Source: Eledone cirrhosa (Eukaryota). From it: a stretch of DNA of 64,000 bases. The stretch lies in the NCBI GenBank assembly GCA_964016885.1, contig OZ024740.1, forward strand, positions 435,674,001 through 435,738,000, written 5' to 3'. The notes under the pieces are model-generated. The model saw nothing but the letters and a program-made list of their open reading frames with translations, searched no databases and was not told where the DNA came from. The position numbers and the translations under genes are program-made. Of the stretch, positions 1 through 13,564 are shown in pieces. Each line of letters opens with the position of its first letter. The stretch's first letter is position 1.

Positions 1-407
1 TTCCACCCTCTCACTTTCTATATCTATTCCACCCATACTAACAGCTATAGTATTCCACCCTCTCACTTTCTATATCTATTCCACCCATACTAACAGCTAT
101 AGTATTCCACCCTCTCACTTTCTATATCTATTCCACCCATACTAACAGCTATAGTATTCCACCCTCTCACTTTCTATATCTATTCCACCCATACTAACAG
201 CTATAGTATTCCACCCTCTCACTTTCTATATCTATTCCACCCATACTAACAGCTATAGTATTCCACCCTCTCACTTTCTATATCTATTCCACCCATACTA
301 ACAGCTATAGTATTCCACCCTCTCACTTTCTATATCTATTCCACCCATACTAACAGTTATAGTATTCCACCCTCTCACTTTCTATATCTATTCCACCCAT
401 ACTAACA
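1..407. repeat. 52-bp tandem minisatellite, about 7.8 near-identical copies (runs off the window start)
   Basis: Unit TTCCACCCTCTCACTTTCTATATCTATTCCACCCATACTAACAGCTATAGTA recurs every 52 nt. Confidence 0.95.
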
Positions 408-633
408 TAAACATATTTAAATATATTAACAAAGGAAGAAAAGTGACGAGCCTGTTGCGGCATTAACACAAATATTGATCCAGTTTCTTATAGTTTTCTG
501 ACGAAGGGTTTCTCAAGCCGAAATATCAGGACAGGTAAATGAGATGTCACACCAACATCTTTGTTGCCTTCAATTTATTCTGAAATCTAGCATCCATTTT
601 GTATTGTCGTAGCCTTCATATAACTCACAGCTA

Positions 634-1142
634 TCTAAGCTATAATAAAGTAAGGAGTGCTGGACTGCGTCCAGAATATATTTTTTATCCCGTTTGCAGT
701 TTATATATAATATAGTCTTTTTTAATGTATCATGGATTACTTTGAATAAATAATGAATGAATATTACATAATTTATCTAAATTTCGTTATTCTTAATTAA
801 ATATAAATAATTTTGTGGCTTAGTTTAAGATTCACTTCTTTAAAATGTTCAAATGTCAACACTTCCGGTTAGCGATCGCTTAAATAAACATTCATATATT
901 TCCGACACTAATTTTCTCCTAATGCAGTTTATATATAATATCGTCTTTTTTTAATGTATCATGGATTACGTTACTGATTACATAAGACAGTGTAACGCAG
1001 TCTTCCTTCAATTTCCGTGTATATTGTCAATTACGATGTTATTTGATGTATCATATCTACATGTATATATACTTGCATATAATATCAATATATACACTAC
1101 ATAGGATAGCAGAAAACCACCTGCAGGGTGGTTTTCTGCTAG
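634..1142 (+). mobile_element. Non-autonomous Helitron-like element
   Basis: 5' end A|TCTAAGCTATAATAAAG. 3' hairpin GCAGAAAACCACC..GGTGGTTTTCTGC ends in CTAG|T. Inserted between A and T with no TSD. Second copy at 5912-6980 (-). Confidence 0.8.
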
Positions 1143-1244
1143 TATATTTCAAGCAAACTACAGCACACTTTTATTTAAGTATTTCTATATTTGTGTCTGT
1201 TTTGTTTTCTAATTTTTCTTGTGTTTTTCTTTGTTTTATTGCAG

Positions 1245-1407
1245 TCTTCAATCCCATTGGAAATAATGTGGGGCAACCACTAAAGGTGCTTCAACCAATG
1301 GCAAGTGACTCTAAAGATTGTTCTGCCTCACTCACTAAACTAACTGTGACAAATCCTGTCAAACCTGAAGACTTAGAGTTGCTTGCCAAGTTAGAGGAAG
1401 CTAACAG
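1245..1407 (+). CDS. EVI5: Exon of an Evi5-like (ecotropic viral integration site 5, TBC Rab-GAP) gene, N-terminal region. Possible start ATG at 1298 (MASDSK...)
   Basis: Polypyrimidine tract plus TTGCAG acceptor ending at 1244 and AG|GTAAAT donor at 1408. Peptide PEDLELLAKLEEANR matches the recalled EVI5 motif PDDLELLAKLEEQNR. No further exon recognised in the window. Confidence 0.8.
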
Positions 1408-1519
1408 GTAAATTTCAGGAATTTTACTCATCTACATCATCATCATACTCATCTAAGTAGGGGTTTTGCAAAATCGGTAGAATGGCCGACAATATTTTTG
1501 CAGTGTGTATATAGTTATG

Positions 1520-1790
1520 TTCCTCTTCTTCACCTACTTATTCCTGAGAATGTTGTAGGGACAGAGTCCTCAAACACTCCCTCCATCAGGTCCTGTCAGA
1601 AGCAACTATCTCAAACTGATCCGGCTGGGTCCCCCAAGCGAGACCAGCCAAGCTCATGGATGTTATCCAACCATCTTGCTTGGGGTTTCCTGCTGGTTGG
1701 TTTTGCCTGAAATATATGTCCAATGATTCTTTCCTGAGACATTCTAACCACATTTTCTTAGTAACGGAGCTGTGGGCTCTCAATTCAGAG
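1520..1790 (-). mobile_element. Old 5'-truncated RTE-clade LINE 3' end (related copies at about 2425-2545, 7412-7680 and 8174-8425)
   Basis: The minus strand encodes a degenerate GKPQARWLDNIHELGWSRLG-type RTE C-terminus with a (GAA)n tail. Four diverged copies share the sequence. Confidence 0.65.
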
Positions 1791-2779
1791 AAATAAAAAA
1801 ACTGTAGTCTTTACTCTAACATTACTACCTTAGCTCATCTAACACATTTACCTCTACTCCTACTTTGTATCACAATCTCACCACACCGCACCGCGCCGCA
1901 ACCACACTACAACCACACTAGAATTGCACCACACTACACAACTGCACCACACTACATTACAACTGCACCACACTACACTGAAGACTTTTCTCAATTCTTC
2001 CTACTTTAACCTCCATTCTTCTAAGCACAGTCTCTCCCGCCCCCTCTCTCCCCCTCTCTTCTCTCTCCCCCTCTCCCCTCTCTCTCCCCCTCTCCCTCTC
2101 CTCTCTTCTCTCTCTCCCCCTCTTCTCCCCCCCTCTCTCTCCCCCTCTCTCTGTTGTCTAGATAGTGTTATCAATTCAACAAAACAGAAGTATGTTTTGA
2201 CTATAGAAAAGTTTCTGGAATGTTTTATCAGTATATTTCAGCTCAAAACTTTTCTATTGACTTTGTGTAGTTCACCATTGACAGGTGCTTAAACAACAAA
2301 CAAAACATGTGAATTATTTTTACCTGTCAACTGAAGGAACCATGCAACTCAAAGTTGTACTTGGCTTTAAATTTTCATTACCTTAAGATTTTCATTAAAA
2401 ATTGGGCAAAATGTTCAACTTACAATTTCTTCTTCTTCTACCACTTATACCTGAGAGGGTTGTTGGGACAGACTCCTCAAAGACTCCTATTGATCCGGCT
2501 GGATCCCCAAGCGAGACCAGCCAAGCTCATAGATGTTATCCAATCATATCTCCACTATTGAAATATATATTTGGTAAATTTCAATCTGGGTTCTATAATA
2601 CTTAGTCAAACAACTTCAGATATGGAGAAATGGATGTTAAATTAATGTTATGATGATTGGTTATGGAACCATACCATATCTGTGGATGGTTGCATGGCTG
2701 AGTGGTCTTATTGACATAATTGAAATGAAACACTCGTGGCGTATGTCTAAAAAAAATCTGACTGATAAAATGACAAGAC

Positions 2780-3025
2780 AGTCAACCATATTGATGGCCT
2801 CCTCACAGCCCTGGCGGACACAATGGATGGCAAGGGAGACGCGCTGGACAAGCCATTCCAGCTTGCAAGGCTCACACCTGCAGCTGGCCAGCTCAGCACC
2901 TATGGTGGTGAGTAGGAAGGTAGCCCTAGGGATGAGGACACCAGAAGTCTCCACTGCCAAGGGTACAACTGCAAACCTGTTGAAAAGCGACTGGTATTTG
3001 GAGAGTTTGGCCTCTTCATCAGTTT
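2780..3025 (-). mobile_element. Remnant of a CRE-like non-LTR retrotransposon restriction-like endonuclease C-terminus
   Basis: Translation EEAKLSKYQSLFNRFAVVPLAVETSG...WLVQRVSLAIH resembles the KxxKY...PxAVETxG...QRxSLAI motif. Confidence 0.55.
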
Positions 3026-3459
3026 TATTTTTATTTACAATGCAATTAATCGTTTTTCTTTATAAAAAAAAAAAAAAAATTGAAATGAAACCATCCCAAC
3101 TAGAATTTAAATTTAGTAACTGATTTCATTTGCTGAGAACTTAACTAAGGTATAGCTTTCATGATTTAGAAATCATAGTTTAGTGTGGATTCAATGGAGT
3201 TGTTCGAGTTGACATCCAACTATGTTCTCATTATACTCTGGATGTTCCTCTAAAATAAGATTACCTTAACAACAAACAATATTTGATTAATTATTCCAGA
3301 TCAATAAGTAAAAATCTTTAGATTTACAGACCCATCATACAGACCTATTTTATTTTGGCATGGAAAATTGAAATGTTAAATAGAATAAGAAAAGAAAAAA
3401 AGATGGACTATATTATGAAAAAAGTCTAAATTCTCTCTTGAACCCAGAGGCTCATGACG

Positions 3460-3705
3460 TTGATGTTTATCTTGGTTTTCATGGTATGAAGTGGCTGAGA
3501 GTCCATGACTTCCTCCCTTAACTATTCCTGGTACTCACAGTTGAGTATACTGAAGCAATGTGAAATGAGGTGTTTTGCTCAAGAACACAACACAACCCAG
3601 TCCAGGAATTGAACCCACAACATTATGATCAGAAGTCCAACACCCTTACCACTAGGCCACTTACCTCCACAGAACACACTTACCACTAGGCCATGCACCT
3701 CCACT
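3460..3705 (-). mobile_element. Degenerate tRNA-derived SINE
   Basis: Minus-strand A-box (TGGCCTAGTGG, duplicated) and B-box (GGTTCAATTCC), followed by a CORE-like TTGAGCAAAACAC segment. Confidence 0.6.
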
Positions 3706-4131
3706 TATATTATGAAGGTCAGTGTCTTTTATTTTGACATAGTTCGTTAGTTTAGAAAAATACTTCAGATTTCAGTTAGTTATACCAAAACAATGCACTA
3801 ATCACAACATTCTGTGTTTAATTTCAGAAAGTAAATCTAACAATGTCTTCCTGCAACTGTTGTTTCAACAATAATAGTAAAATAAGTAGTAATTATAGTA
3901 GTTAGTGTTAGAAAGACATTCAACCAATCACAACAACACTACCAAGGTTTGTTAGGAGGTAATTGAGAAAACACTTGTCTACTAGCTGCTAGATTTTATC
4001 AGCCTCTCTGCAACAATTCAGTTGTTTCACAAACCAAATTCCTACTTTTAAGTGGCTGTGTTGTTTAGATACATGAACCCTTAACACAATTCACAGACTC
4101 AGCATAAACACACTGTAACATGTCTGGACCT

Positions 4132-4880
4132 TTAACCCTTTAGTTACCAAGCTGGCCCAAACCAACTCTGGTTCTATGAAATAAAACCACCCATTTTAAC
4201 CCTTTAGTTACCAACCCAGCCAAAACCAACTCTGGTTCTATGAAATAAAACTACCCATTTTAACCCTTTAGTTACCAACCCAGCCAAAACCAACTCTGGT
4301 TCTATGAAATAAAACTACCCATTTTAACCCTTTAGTTACCAACCCAGCCAAAACCAGCTCTGGTTCTATGAAATAAAACCACACATTTTAACCCTTTAGT
4401 TACCAACCCAGCCAAAACCAGCTCTGGTTCTAAGAAATAAAACCTCCCATTTTAACCCTTTAGGTACCCACCTGATCAAAACCAACTCTGGTTCTATGAA
4501 ATAAAATCACCCATTTTAACCCTTTAGTTACCAACCTGACCCAAACCAGCTCTGGTTCTATGAAATAAAACCACCCATTTTAACCCTTTAGTTACCAACC
4601 CAGCCAAAACCAACTCTGGTTCTAAGAAATAAAACCACCCATTTTAACCCTTTAGTTACCAACCCGGCCAAAACCAACTCTGGTTCTATGAAATAAAACC
4701 ACCCATTTTAAAGGTTTCCAATTTGAATTAAAATCTACCAACATAATTTTATATCAGAACCTTACATTAAGTTACTATCTTAGCAATGAAATAATTAATA
4801 ATTTTAATACATTGCTCAAAATTCTTCATTAATTAATTGAAACTGATTATTTCATTAGAAATAGTCACAAAAAGGTTGAA
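4132..4880. mobile_element. piggyBac-type (TTAA) MITE whose left end is amplified as a 64-bp tandem array (9 copies, 4132-4710)
   Basis: Units start TTAACCCTTTAGTTACC every 64 nt. A degenerate inverted terminus AAAAAGGTTGAA lies near 4880. Confidence 0.65.
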
Positions 4881-4961
4881 TTACAGATGAAATCCAGAGA
4901 GGGAGAAAAATACATCAAAACACAGTACAGGACTGATATTTATCAACTCTGTAGTGATAGT

Positions 4962-5866
4962 CATCATCATCATCATCATCACCGTTTTACGTCCGTTCTT
5001 CCACGCTAGCATGGGTTAGACGGGTTGTCCTGTTGTGTGCAGTGTCTGGTCGGCTGACCATGCCTTGCTCATACAGGAACTGATCTGGCTTGATTTCTAC
5101 AGCTGGATGCCCTTCCTAACACCAACCTCATTTACAGTGAGTGCTGGGTGCTTTTTCGTGGCGCCTACACGTCCACTTTACAGTGTGGGCTGGGTGCTTT
5201 TTTGCCGTGGCACCTCCACGACCACCTTGTGGTGGGGGGTGTGGGGGCATATTGTTTATATGCTTCAGCATGTACCCATGGGAGGTCGGGTACTCTGTAT
5301 TACTGCGTGACGCCAGAAGTCACGGTCGTGTGTCATTGTCTTTGAGAGGTGTAATTGGGTAAGGTCGGCTTTTATCACCTCATCCCAGGTCATCTTGGGT
5401 CTCCCCACTCCGCGGTTTCCATCAACTTCTAGTGCTCTGCACCTTTTTATGCAGCTGTCATCCTTCATACGCATCACATGTTCATACCAGCGCAACCGCC
5501 TCTCCTGCACACAGCATTTGATTCCTCTTATGCTCAGTCTCTCTCTCAATTCATTTATGCTTTTTCGTTCACGTATATTACTGTTACACATCCATCGGAG
5601 CATGCAGGCTTTGTTTCTCTCTAATCTACGTAAGTCTTCCACCTTCAGCGCCCAGGTCTCACTACCATGCAACATCGCTCTTCGGATAGACGCATCATAC
5701 AGTCTGCCTTTCATTCTGAGGGAGAAGCCTTTTGCAGCTAGCAGTGGTAGTAGTTCCCTAAACTTCTTCCATCCCGTTCTTACCCTAGTTATTGTACTTT
5801 CTGAACACCCACCTCTGTTGCTAATTCAGTCACCTAGGTAACAGAAGCTGTCTACTGTTTCTACAG
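4962..5866 (-). mobile_element. 5'-truncated RTE LINE, family A
   Basis: [10 protein letters not shown]...ERRLRWYEHVMRM...GRPKMTW RT C-terminus with a (ATG)n tail. Near-identical to 10386-11290. Confidence 0.9.
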
Positions 5867-5911
5867 TAGTAGGGATATCAACTCTGTAGTGATAATAGGG
5901 ATAGACTGAAT

Positions 5912-6980
5912 ATGTAGAAAAACCACCGTTCGGGTGTTTTTCTGCTAGCATGTGTAGTGTGTATATTGATATTATACGCAGGTATATATACATGTAGATA
6001 TGATACATGTGTAGTGTGTATATTGATATTATACGCAGGTATATATACATGTAGATATGATACATGTGTAGTGTGCATATTGATATTATACGCAAGTATA
6101 TATACATGTAGATATGATACATGTGTAGTGTGTATATTGATATTATACGCAGGTATATATACATGTAGATATGATACATGTGTAGTGTGCATATTGATAT
6201 TATACGCAAGTATATATACATGTAGATATGATACATGTGTAGTGTGTATATTGATATTATACGCAGGTATATATACATGTAGATATGATACATGTGTAGT
6301 GTGCATATTGATATTATACGCAGGTATATATACATGTAGATAAATTTACAGTAGAATAACATAACAAATATGTTTTAAATATATACATAAATAACATTAC
6401 AAATGCTTAGACAACATTATAAATTGCTCGCGATTCTTTCAGAAAGATATATTCTCTTAATGTTGCAATATTAAAGAAAATGTAAAGGAAGGGGTGAACA
6501 ACGGAGGCACCACCAGAGCAAAAGACGGCAGCAAGGAGTACTGGGTAACCTCTCTAATGAGTTTTGAGGCAATGCATGTAGATATGATACATCAAATAAA
6601 TCGTAATTGACAATATACACAGAAATTGAAGGAAGACTGTGTTACACTGTCTTATGTAATCAGTAACATAATCTATGATACATTAAAAAAAAGACGATAT
6701 TATATATAAACTGCATTAAGAGAAAATTAGTGATGGAAATATATGAATGTTTATTTAAGCGATCGCTAACCGGAAGTGTTGACATTTGAAAATTTTAAAG
6801 AAGTGAATCTTAAAATAAGCAACAAAATTATTTATATTTAATCAAGAATAACGAAATTTAGTAGATTAAGTATGTAATATTCATTCATTATTTATTCAAA
6901 GTAATCCAACTTATTTTACAAACGGATAAAAAAATATATTCTGAACGCAGCCCCCACTCCTCCCTTTATTATAGTTTAGA
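5912..6980 (-). mobile_element. Second copy of the non-autonomous Helitron, with an internal 57-bp tandem array (about 7 copies, 5949-6342) and extra sequence at 6343-6575
   Basis: Reverse-complement match to 634-1142, including the A|TCTAAACTATAATAAAG start and the 3' hairpin. Confidence 0.8.
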
Positions 6981-8434
6981 TGTTGGGAAGCAATTCAGAA
7001 AATAAAAACACCATCACTATTTAACGTCCATTTTTTCCATGCTAGCATGGGTGAGACGAGTTGACCCATTTGAGATTAGTCCAGTCAGGTGGCCGTGCCT
7101 TGTTCATATAGAACTGTTTCTGGCTTGATTTCTATAGCTAGATGCATGATAAAATGTCTCATTTAAAATAATTTATCCTACATACGATTAACATAACATA
7201 TTAGCATAAAAAAACAACTAACACATATTTTGTCTAGTATTAATCATAGAAACAATAAATTAATATGATGTACGTATGTTTATATATAAGGTGCAGTATA
7301 TGGAACCAAATTATAAATACCTTGTTAGAGCATAATTACTTGTATCAGCAACTTGTCAATGTTAGGGTCTGAAGTAATATATTTAACACAAGGAACCATT
7401 GGTGAGAAGTTACTTCTTCTTTGCTTACTTACACCTGAGAGGGTGGTGGGAGTGATCAAACACTCCTTCCAGTGGTCCTGTCAGAAGCAACCGTCTCCAA
7501 CTGATCTGGCTGGATCCTCCAGCGCGACCAGCCAAGCTCATGGATGTTATCTATCTTGTTCGGGATGGGTCTACCCCTGGGTCACCTGCTTGTTGGTTTT
7601 GCCTGTAAAATCTGTCAAGTGATTCTTTCCCGAGACATTCTAACCACATATTATCAGAACTGTGAGCTCTCAATTCGGAGAAGTAGCAGTCTATATTCTA
7701 TGTAAAATATTGACCAATGTCTATATTATAACTAAAACTTTAACTTTAAAAATTTGAAGTTGCTATTTGTATTTTCTTTTCTTTACAATGACCAAATAAT
7801 GTCTAACGATGCGTAGACAACATTGATATAAATCTCTAAGCTGTGTAACATTAGCCAAACATAAGTATTCTCCCTTATATTAAATATTGACTTTCACAAC
7901 AGCTGAAATAATTCAACTGTTTGTGTTTTGTCTGACACAGGAATATCAATAGTTCGACTGTTTGAACCAATAACAATATATTTTATATTATCCAAACTAA
8001 AAAGTAGAATTCTAAATGGTTGCGCAACTTGGCAGAAATAGCAGCCAAATTTCTCTAAAATTCTGTTCTATCTTCTTTAACCCTTAAAATATCAAACTGC
8101 CTGAAACTCCCCTGGATTAATCATACAAAACTGATCATTTTAAAATGTTTATATTAAATCCTTCCATCATAATTTCTTCTTCTTCACCCACTTATTCCTG
8201 AGGGGGTCGTGGATGCAGAGTCCCGAAACACTCTTTCCAGTGGGTCCTGTCAGAAGCTCCTGTCTACAACTGATCCGGCTGAATCCCCAAGCAAGACCAG
8301 CCAACCTCATGAATGTTATCCAACCATCTTGCTTGGGGTCTACCCCTGTGTCTCCTGCTCGTTAGTTTTACCTATAACATCTGTCCAGTGATTCTTTCCT
8401 GAGACATTCTAACCACATTCCCATAGTATCTGTC

Positions 8435-9272
8435 ATCACCACCGTGCATTTTGGGAGTAAAAACCCAGCGTCCACATACTCCCTCCACAGCACTAATATC
8501 AAGAAGTCTTCTTGTGAACATGACCTGGGCATTACGGTCAGCAGCGATTTGCGTTGGACGAAGCATGTCTCTAAAATTGTCAAGAGCGCCAAGGGTCTCT
8601 TAGCATCACTCAGCAAGACCTTTGTCAGCCGCTCTCCAGATATCTATTTAAAGCTGTACATGACTATGGTGCAGCCACACTTAGAATTTGCATCACCAGT
8701 CTGGAACCCCTATCTTGCTCAGAACATTGACCGCCTGGAAAATGTTCAGAGACATGCAACCAAGCGAATACCCTCCATCAGGCATCTACCATACTCTAAA
8801 CGCCTTGCTTCCCTGGGCATGGATACATTGAAGCTCTGACGCCTGGCAACTGACTTGGTAAACGCTCACAAAATTGTTAACCATCTTGCCAACAACAACC
8901 CTGAGTACCTTTTTGATTTCCATGTGTCTAACACACATGGACATGCCTACAAAATCAGAAAACAGCACAGCTCCCATGACTTTCGGAAACATTTTTTCAC
9001 GCTCAGAGTTGCTGAAGCATGGAACAAACTACCTGCGTCAGTTGTTAGCTGTTGAGACACTGCATCCTTTAAGGCCTCCATGCTTCCCGAGATCCGCCAA
9101 CACTACACCTAATGTTCCCCCTCCATACACATACACACATGTATATCATGACTCATACACTGTTCACTTCCCTGACATTTGTGTATTATTCTATGTACTA
9201 TACATACACCTTTGACGAGTTGTAGTGCACCTGAACACTTTACACAATAATTTCATTATTATCATTATTATT
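8435..9272 (+). mobile_element. 5'-truncated CR1-clade LINE
   Basis: HDLGITVSSDLRW...PHLEFASPVWNPY...LENVQRHATK...FFTLRVAEAWNKLP with in-frame stops and an (ATT)n tail. Confidence 0.9.
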
Positions 9273-9359
9273 ATCTCTCATTTCAGTGAAGTTTTAAAGT
9301 AATATTGTAAATATTAACAAACTATTGTGTCTATATATATGTGTGTGTATATCTGTGTC

Positions 9360-9390
<31 letters not shown>

Positions 9391-9583
9391 ATCTGTGTCT
9401 ATATATATGTGTGTGTGTGTGTATCTGTGTCTATATATATATATATGTGTGTGTATATCTGTGTCTATATATATGTATGTATATATCTGTGTCTATATAT
9501 ATATATATGTGTGTGTGTGTATCTGTGTCTATATATGTGTGTGTGTATATGTGTCTATATATATATATATGTGTGTGTATATC

Positions 9584-9636
<53 letters not shown>

Positions 9637-9673
9637 ATCTGTGTCTATATATATGTGTGTGTATATCAGTGTC

Positions 9674-9710
<37 letters not shown>

Positions 9711-9901
9711 ATATCTGTGTCTATATATATATATGTGTGTGTGTGTGTGTATCTGTGTCTATATATATGTATATATGTGTGTGTGTGTGTATCTGTCTAT
9801 ATATATATGTGCGTGTATATCTGTCTATATATATATATATGTGTGTGTGTGTATATCTGTGTCTATATATATATGTGTGTGTGTGTGTGTATATCTGTGT
9901 C

Positions 9902-9936
<35 letters not shown>

Positions 9937-9939
9937 ATC

Positions 9940-10000
<61 letters not shown>

Positions 10001-10005
10001 ATATC

Positions 10006-10058
<53 letters not shown>

Positions 10059-10067
10059 ATATCTGTC

Positions 10068-10104
<37 letters not shown>

Positions 10105-10385
10105 ATATCTGTGTCTATATATATATATGTGTGTGTGTGTGTGTATATCTGTGTCTATATATATATATATATGTGTGTGTGTGTATATCTATATATATAT
10201 ATGTGTGTGTGTGTGTGTATATCTGTGTCTATATATATATATGTGTGTGTGTGTATATCTGTGTCTATATATATGTGTGTGTGTGTGTATATCTGTGTCT
10301 ATATATATATATATATGTGTGTGTGTGTATATATCTGTCTATATATATATATGTGTGTGTATCTGTGTCTATATATATATGTGTG

Positions 10386-12504
10386 TCATCATCATCATCA
10401 TCACCGTTTTACGTCCGTTCTTCCACGCTAGCATGGGTTAGACGGGTTGTCCTGTTGTGGGCAGTGTCTGGTCGGCTGACCATGCCTTGCTCATACAGGA
10501 ACTGATCTGGCTTGATTTCTACAGCTGGATGCCCTTCCTAACACCAACCTCATTTACAGTGAGTGCTGGGTGCTTTTTCGTGGCGCCTACACATCCACTT
10601 TACAGTGTGGGCTGGGTGCTTTTTTTGCCGTGGCACCTCCACGACCACCTTGCGGTGGAGGGAGTGGGGGCATATTGTTTATATGCTTCAGCATGTACCC
10701 ATGGGAGGTCGGGTACCCTGTATTACTGCGTGACGCCAGAAGTCACGGTTGTGTGTCATTGTCTTTGAGAGGTGTAGTTGGGTAAGGTCGGCTTTTATCA
10801 CCTCATCCCAAGTCATCTTGGGTCTCCCCACTCCGCGGTTTCCATCAACTTCTAGTGCTCTGCACCTTTTTATGCAGCTGTCATCCTTCATACGCATCAC
10901 ATGTCCATACCAGCGTAACCGCCTCTCCTGCACGCAGCATTTGATTCCTCTTATGCTCAGTCTCTCTCTCAATTCCTTTATGCTTTGTCGTTCACGTATA
11001 TTACTGTTACACATCCATCGGAGCATGCAGGCTTCGTTTCTCTCTAATCTACGTAAGTCTTCCACCTTCAGCGCCCAGGTCTCACTACCATGCAACATCG
11101 CTGTTCGGATACACGCATCATACAGTCTGCCTTTCATTCTGAGGGAGAAGCCTTTTGCAGCTAGCAGTGGTAGTAGTTCCCTAAACTTCTTCCATCCCGT
11201 TCTTACCCTAGTTATTGTACTTTCTGAGCACCCACCTCCGTTGCTAATTCGGTCACCTAGGTAGCAGAAGCTGTCTACTGTTTCTACAGGGCCCTCCCAG
11301 AGATTGGTGGTACTTGTTTCCTGTGGCTGTTTGCTTGCTGTTTCAGCACAGCTGCTGCATGTGAATCCTACATTCTTAATTAAGCTTCCTGAGATCCCGC
11401 TACATCTCTTGTGTACCCATTGTTTGCATTTGGGGCAGAGAATGGAGTTCCTACCTACACCTTTCCTACATACTGAGCAAGGCCATTTCCCTGAGGGGAT
11501 CTGGGTTCTCTTTTCTCATCTACTTACAAGGACCTTAGTCTTTGTCATGTTGACTTTGAGGCCCTTTCTCTCTAGTCCCTGCTTCCAGGTTTGGAATTTA
11601 TTCTCTAGTTCTACCATAGATTCAGCTATGAGTGCGAGGTCATCAGCATACAGGAGTTCCCATGGGCATCCGGTCTTAAACTCCTCCGTTATTGCCTGCA
11701 GGACTATGATGAACAGGAGGGGGCTAAGAACAGAGCCCTGGTGGACCCCAACCTGTACGCTAAATTCCTCGCTATACTCATTGCTAATCCTAACTTTGCT
11801 GACTGCTCCCCTATACATGGCTTGTACCGCTTTCACAAGCCATTCATCTACTCCTAGTTTTCTAAGAGCCCACCAGATTACTGCACGTGGAACTCTGTCA
11901 AAGGCTTTCTCAAGGTCGACAAATGCCAAGTAGAGTGGCTTACTTTTAGCTAGGTACTTTTCCTGTAATTGCCTCACAAGGAAGAGGGCATCAGTGGTGC
12001 CTCTCTCTGGTACAAACCCAAATTGCATCTCGTCTATATTCACCCGGTCCCTAATCAGCTGTGCTATAACTCTTTCTGTTACTTTCATGACCTGGTCCAT
12101 CAACTTTATACCTCTATAGTTTCCTCTATCTAGTGCATCGCCTTTACCTTTGTAGCAGTTGACAATGATGCTACTGCACCAATCTTTTGGTATGGCCCCT
12201 TCTAGTATTACCTGGTTAACGATACGTGTGGTTATAGTGTGACCTACAGACCCAGATGCCTTCAGCATCTCGGCAGCTATACCCGATGGACCGGTTGCCT
12301 TCCCCATCTTCATATCTCTGATTGCCTTACTTACTACGCTGCCGCTGACTTGTACTGCTGGTCCCTCTATAGGGTCTACATGGGGTAGGGTCTCTTCTTC
12401 CCATGCATTCTCCTCATTTAGTAATCTATCATAATGACTCTTCCATGCATCTTTCTTCTCAGCACTTGTGAGGGCAAGCTCACCTTTATCATTCCGGATA
12501 CACT
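10386..12504 (-). mobile_element. RTE LINE family A, 5'-truncated, RT domain with a frameshift near 11516
   Basis: [37 protein letters not shown], an internal CxxC/CHxxC zinc-finger segment and an (ATG)n tail. Confidence 0.95.
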
Positions 12505-12564
12505 TGTGTGTGTGTGTGTGTATATCTGTGTCTATATATATATGTGTGTGTGTGTATCTGTGTC

Positions 12565-12597
<33 letters not shown>

Positions 12598-12602
12598 ATA
12601 TC

Positions 12603-12634
<32 letters not shown>

Positions 12635-12716
12635 ACGAAGGAAATGTGGTAAGGAACCAGGTGGACCATAACGCACCAAAGTACTCAATACTTGAGATAG
12701 TAGAGTGGGTAATAGT

Positions 12717-12822
12717 AACCAGTAAGACCCCGACAGCTGAGCTCAAGCCGTTTCGACGGCTAATTCAGTCCAGAATTAGCCGTCGAAACGGCTTGAGCTC
12801 AGCTGTCGGGGTCTTACTGGTT
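12717..12822. repeat. Perfect 50-bp inverted repeat (6-nt loop) in a short insert within the satellite
   Basis: 12717-12766 is the reverse complement of 12773-12822. Confidence 0.9.
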
Positions 12823-12824
12823 CC

Positions 12825-12861
<37 letters not shown>

Positions 12862-12866
12862 ATATC

Positions 12867-12909
<43 letters not shown>

Positions 12910-12956
12910 ATATCTGTGTCTATATATATATGTGTGTGTGTGTGTATATCTGTGTC

Positions 12957-12991
<35 letters not shown>

Positions 12992-13182
12992 ATCTGTGTC
13001 TATATATATATATATATGTGTGTGTGTGTATCTGTCTATATATATATATGTGTGTATATCTGTCTATATATATATATATGTGTATATCTGTGTCTCTCTA
13101 AATATATATGTGTGTGTGTGTGTATATCTGTGTCTATATATATATATGTGTGTGTATATCTGTGTCTATATATATATATATA

Positions 13183-13555
13183 TGGAGGAAAACTCTGATA
13201 TAACACCTGCAACCCTGATGGTATCCAATGATGTTGACTTGTTTTTCTTTTTGGTAAATATCATCTTGGTTAAGAGAGTGGGACTGGCTTTGTGCAGTGC
13301 CTTTGCTCACTATAAAAGCTTCACGGCACAGGCATTGCTTTATATCTGGAGATCTCTCTGCACTTGTCGTCACATGGTACCATCGGCCCAGCACTATGTG
13401 TCAATAATTGTCACAAGTGTAGTGTTTGTACCAGAGTTTTCAAGTCGCTGGCTGGACTAAAAAGTCACACTCGTTCAGCATTGGTAGGAGTTCTCCTACA
13501 TGGATATAAAGTAGTGGCCGTACTCGAAAACGAGTTGGCAGCCACCATACGGCAA
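13183..13555 (+). mobile_element. Degenerate LINE 3' remnant with a C-terminal C2H2 zinc finger (RTE/BovB-like)
   Basis: [19 protein letters not shown]. Confidence 0.45.
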
Positions 13556-13564
13556 AAAAGCCAC

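Noticed and set aside
1-407. Regular repeat arrays (52, 57 and 64 bp) as CRISPR-like
   Set aside because: No unique spacers. These are head-to-tail tandem repeats in eukaryotic DNA.
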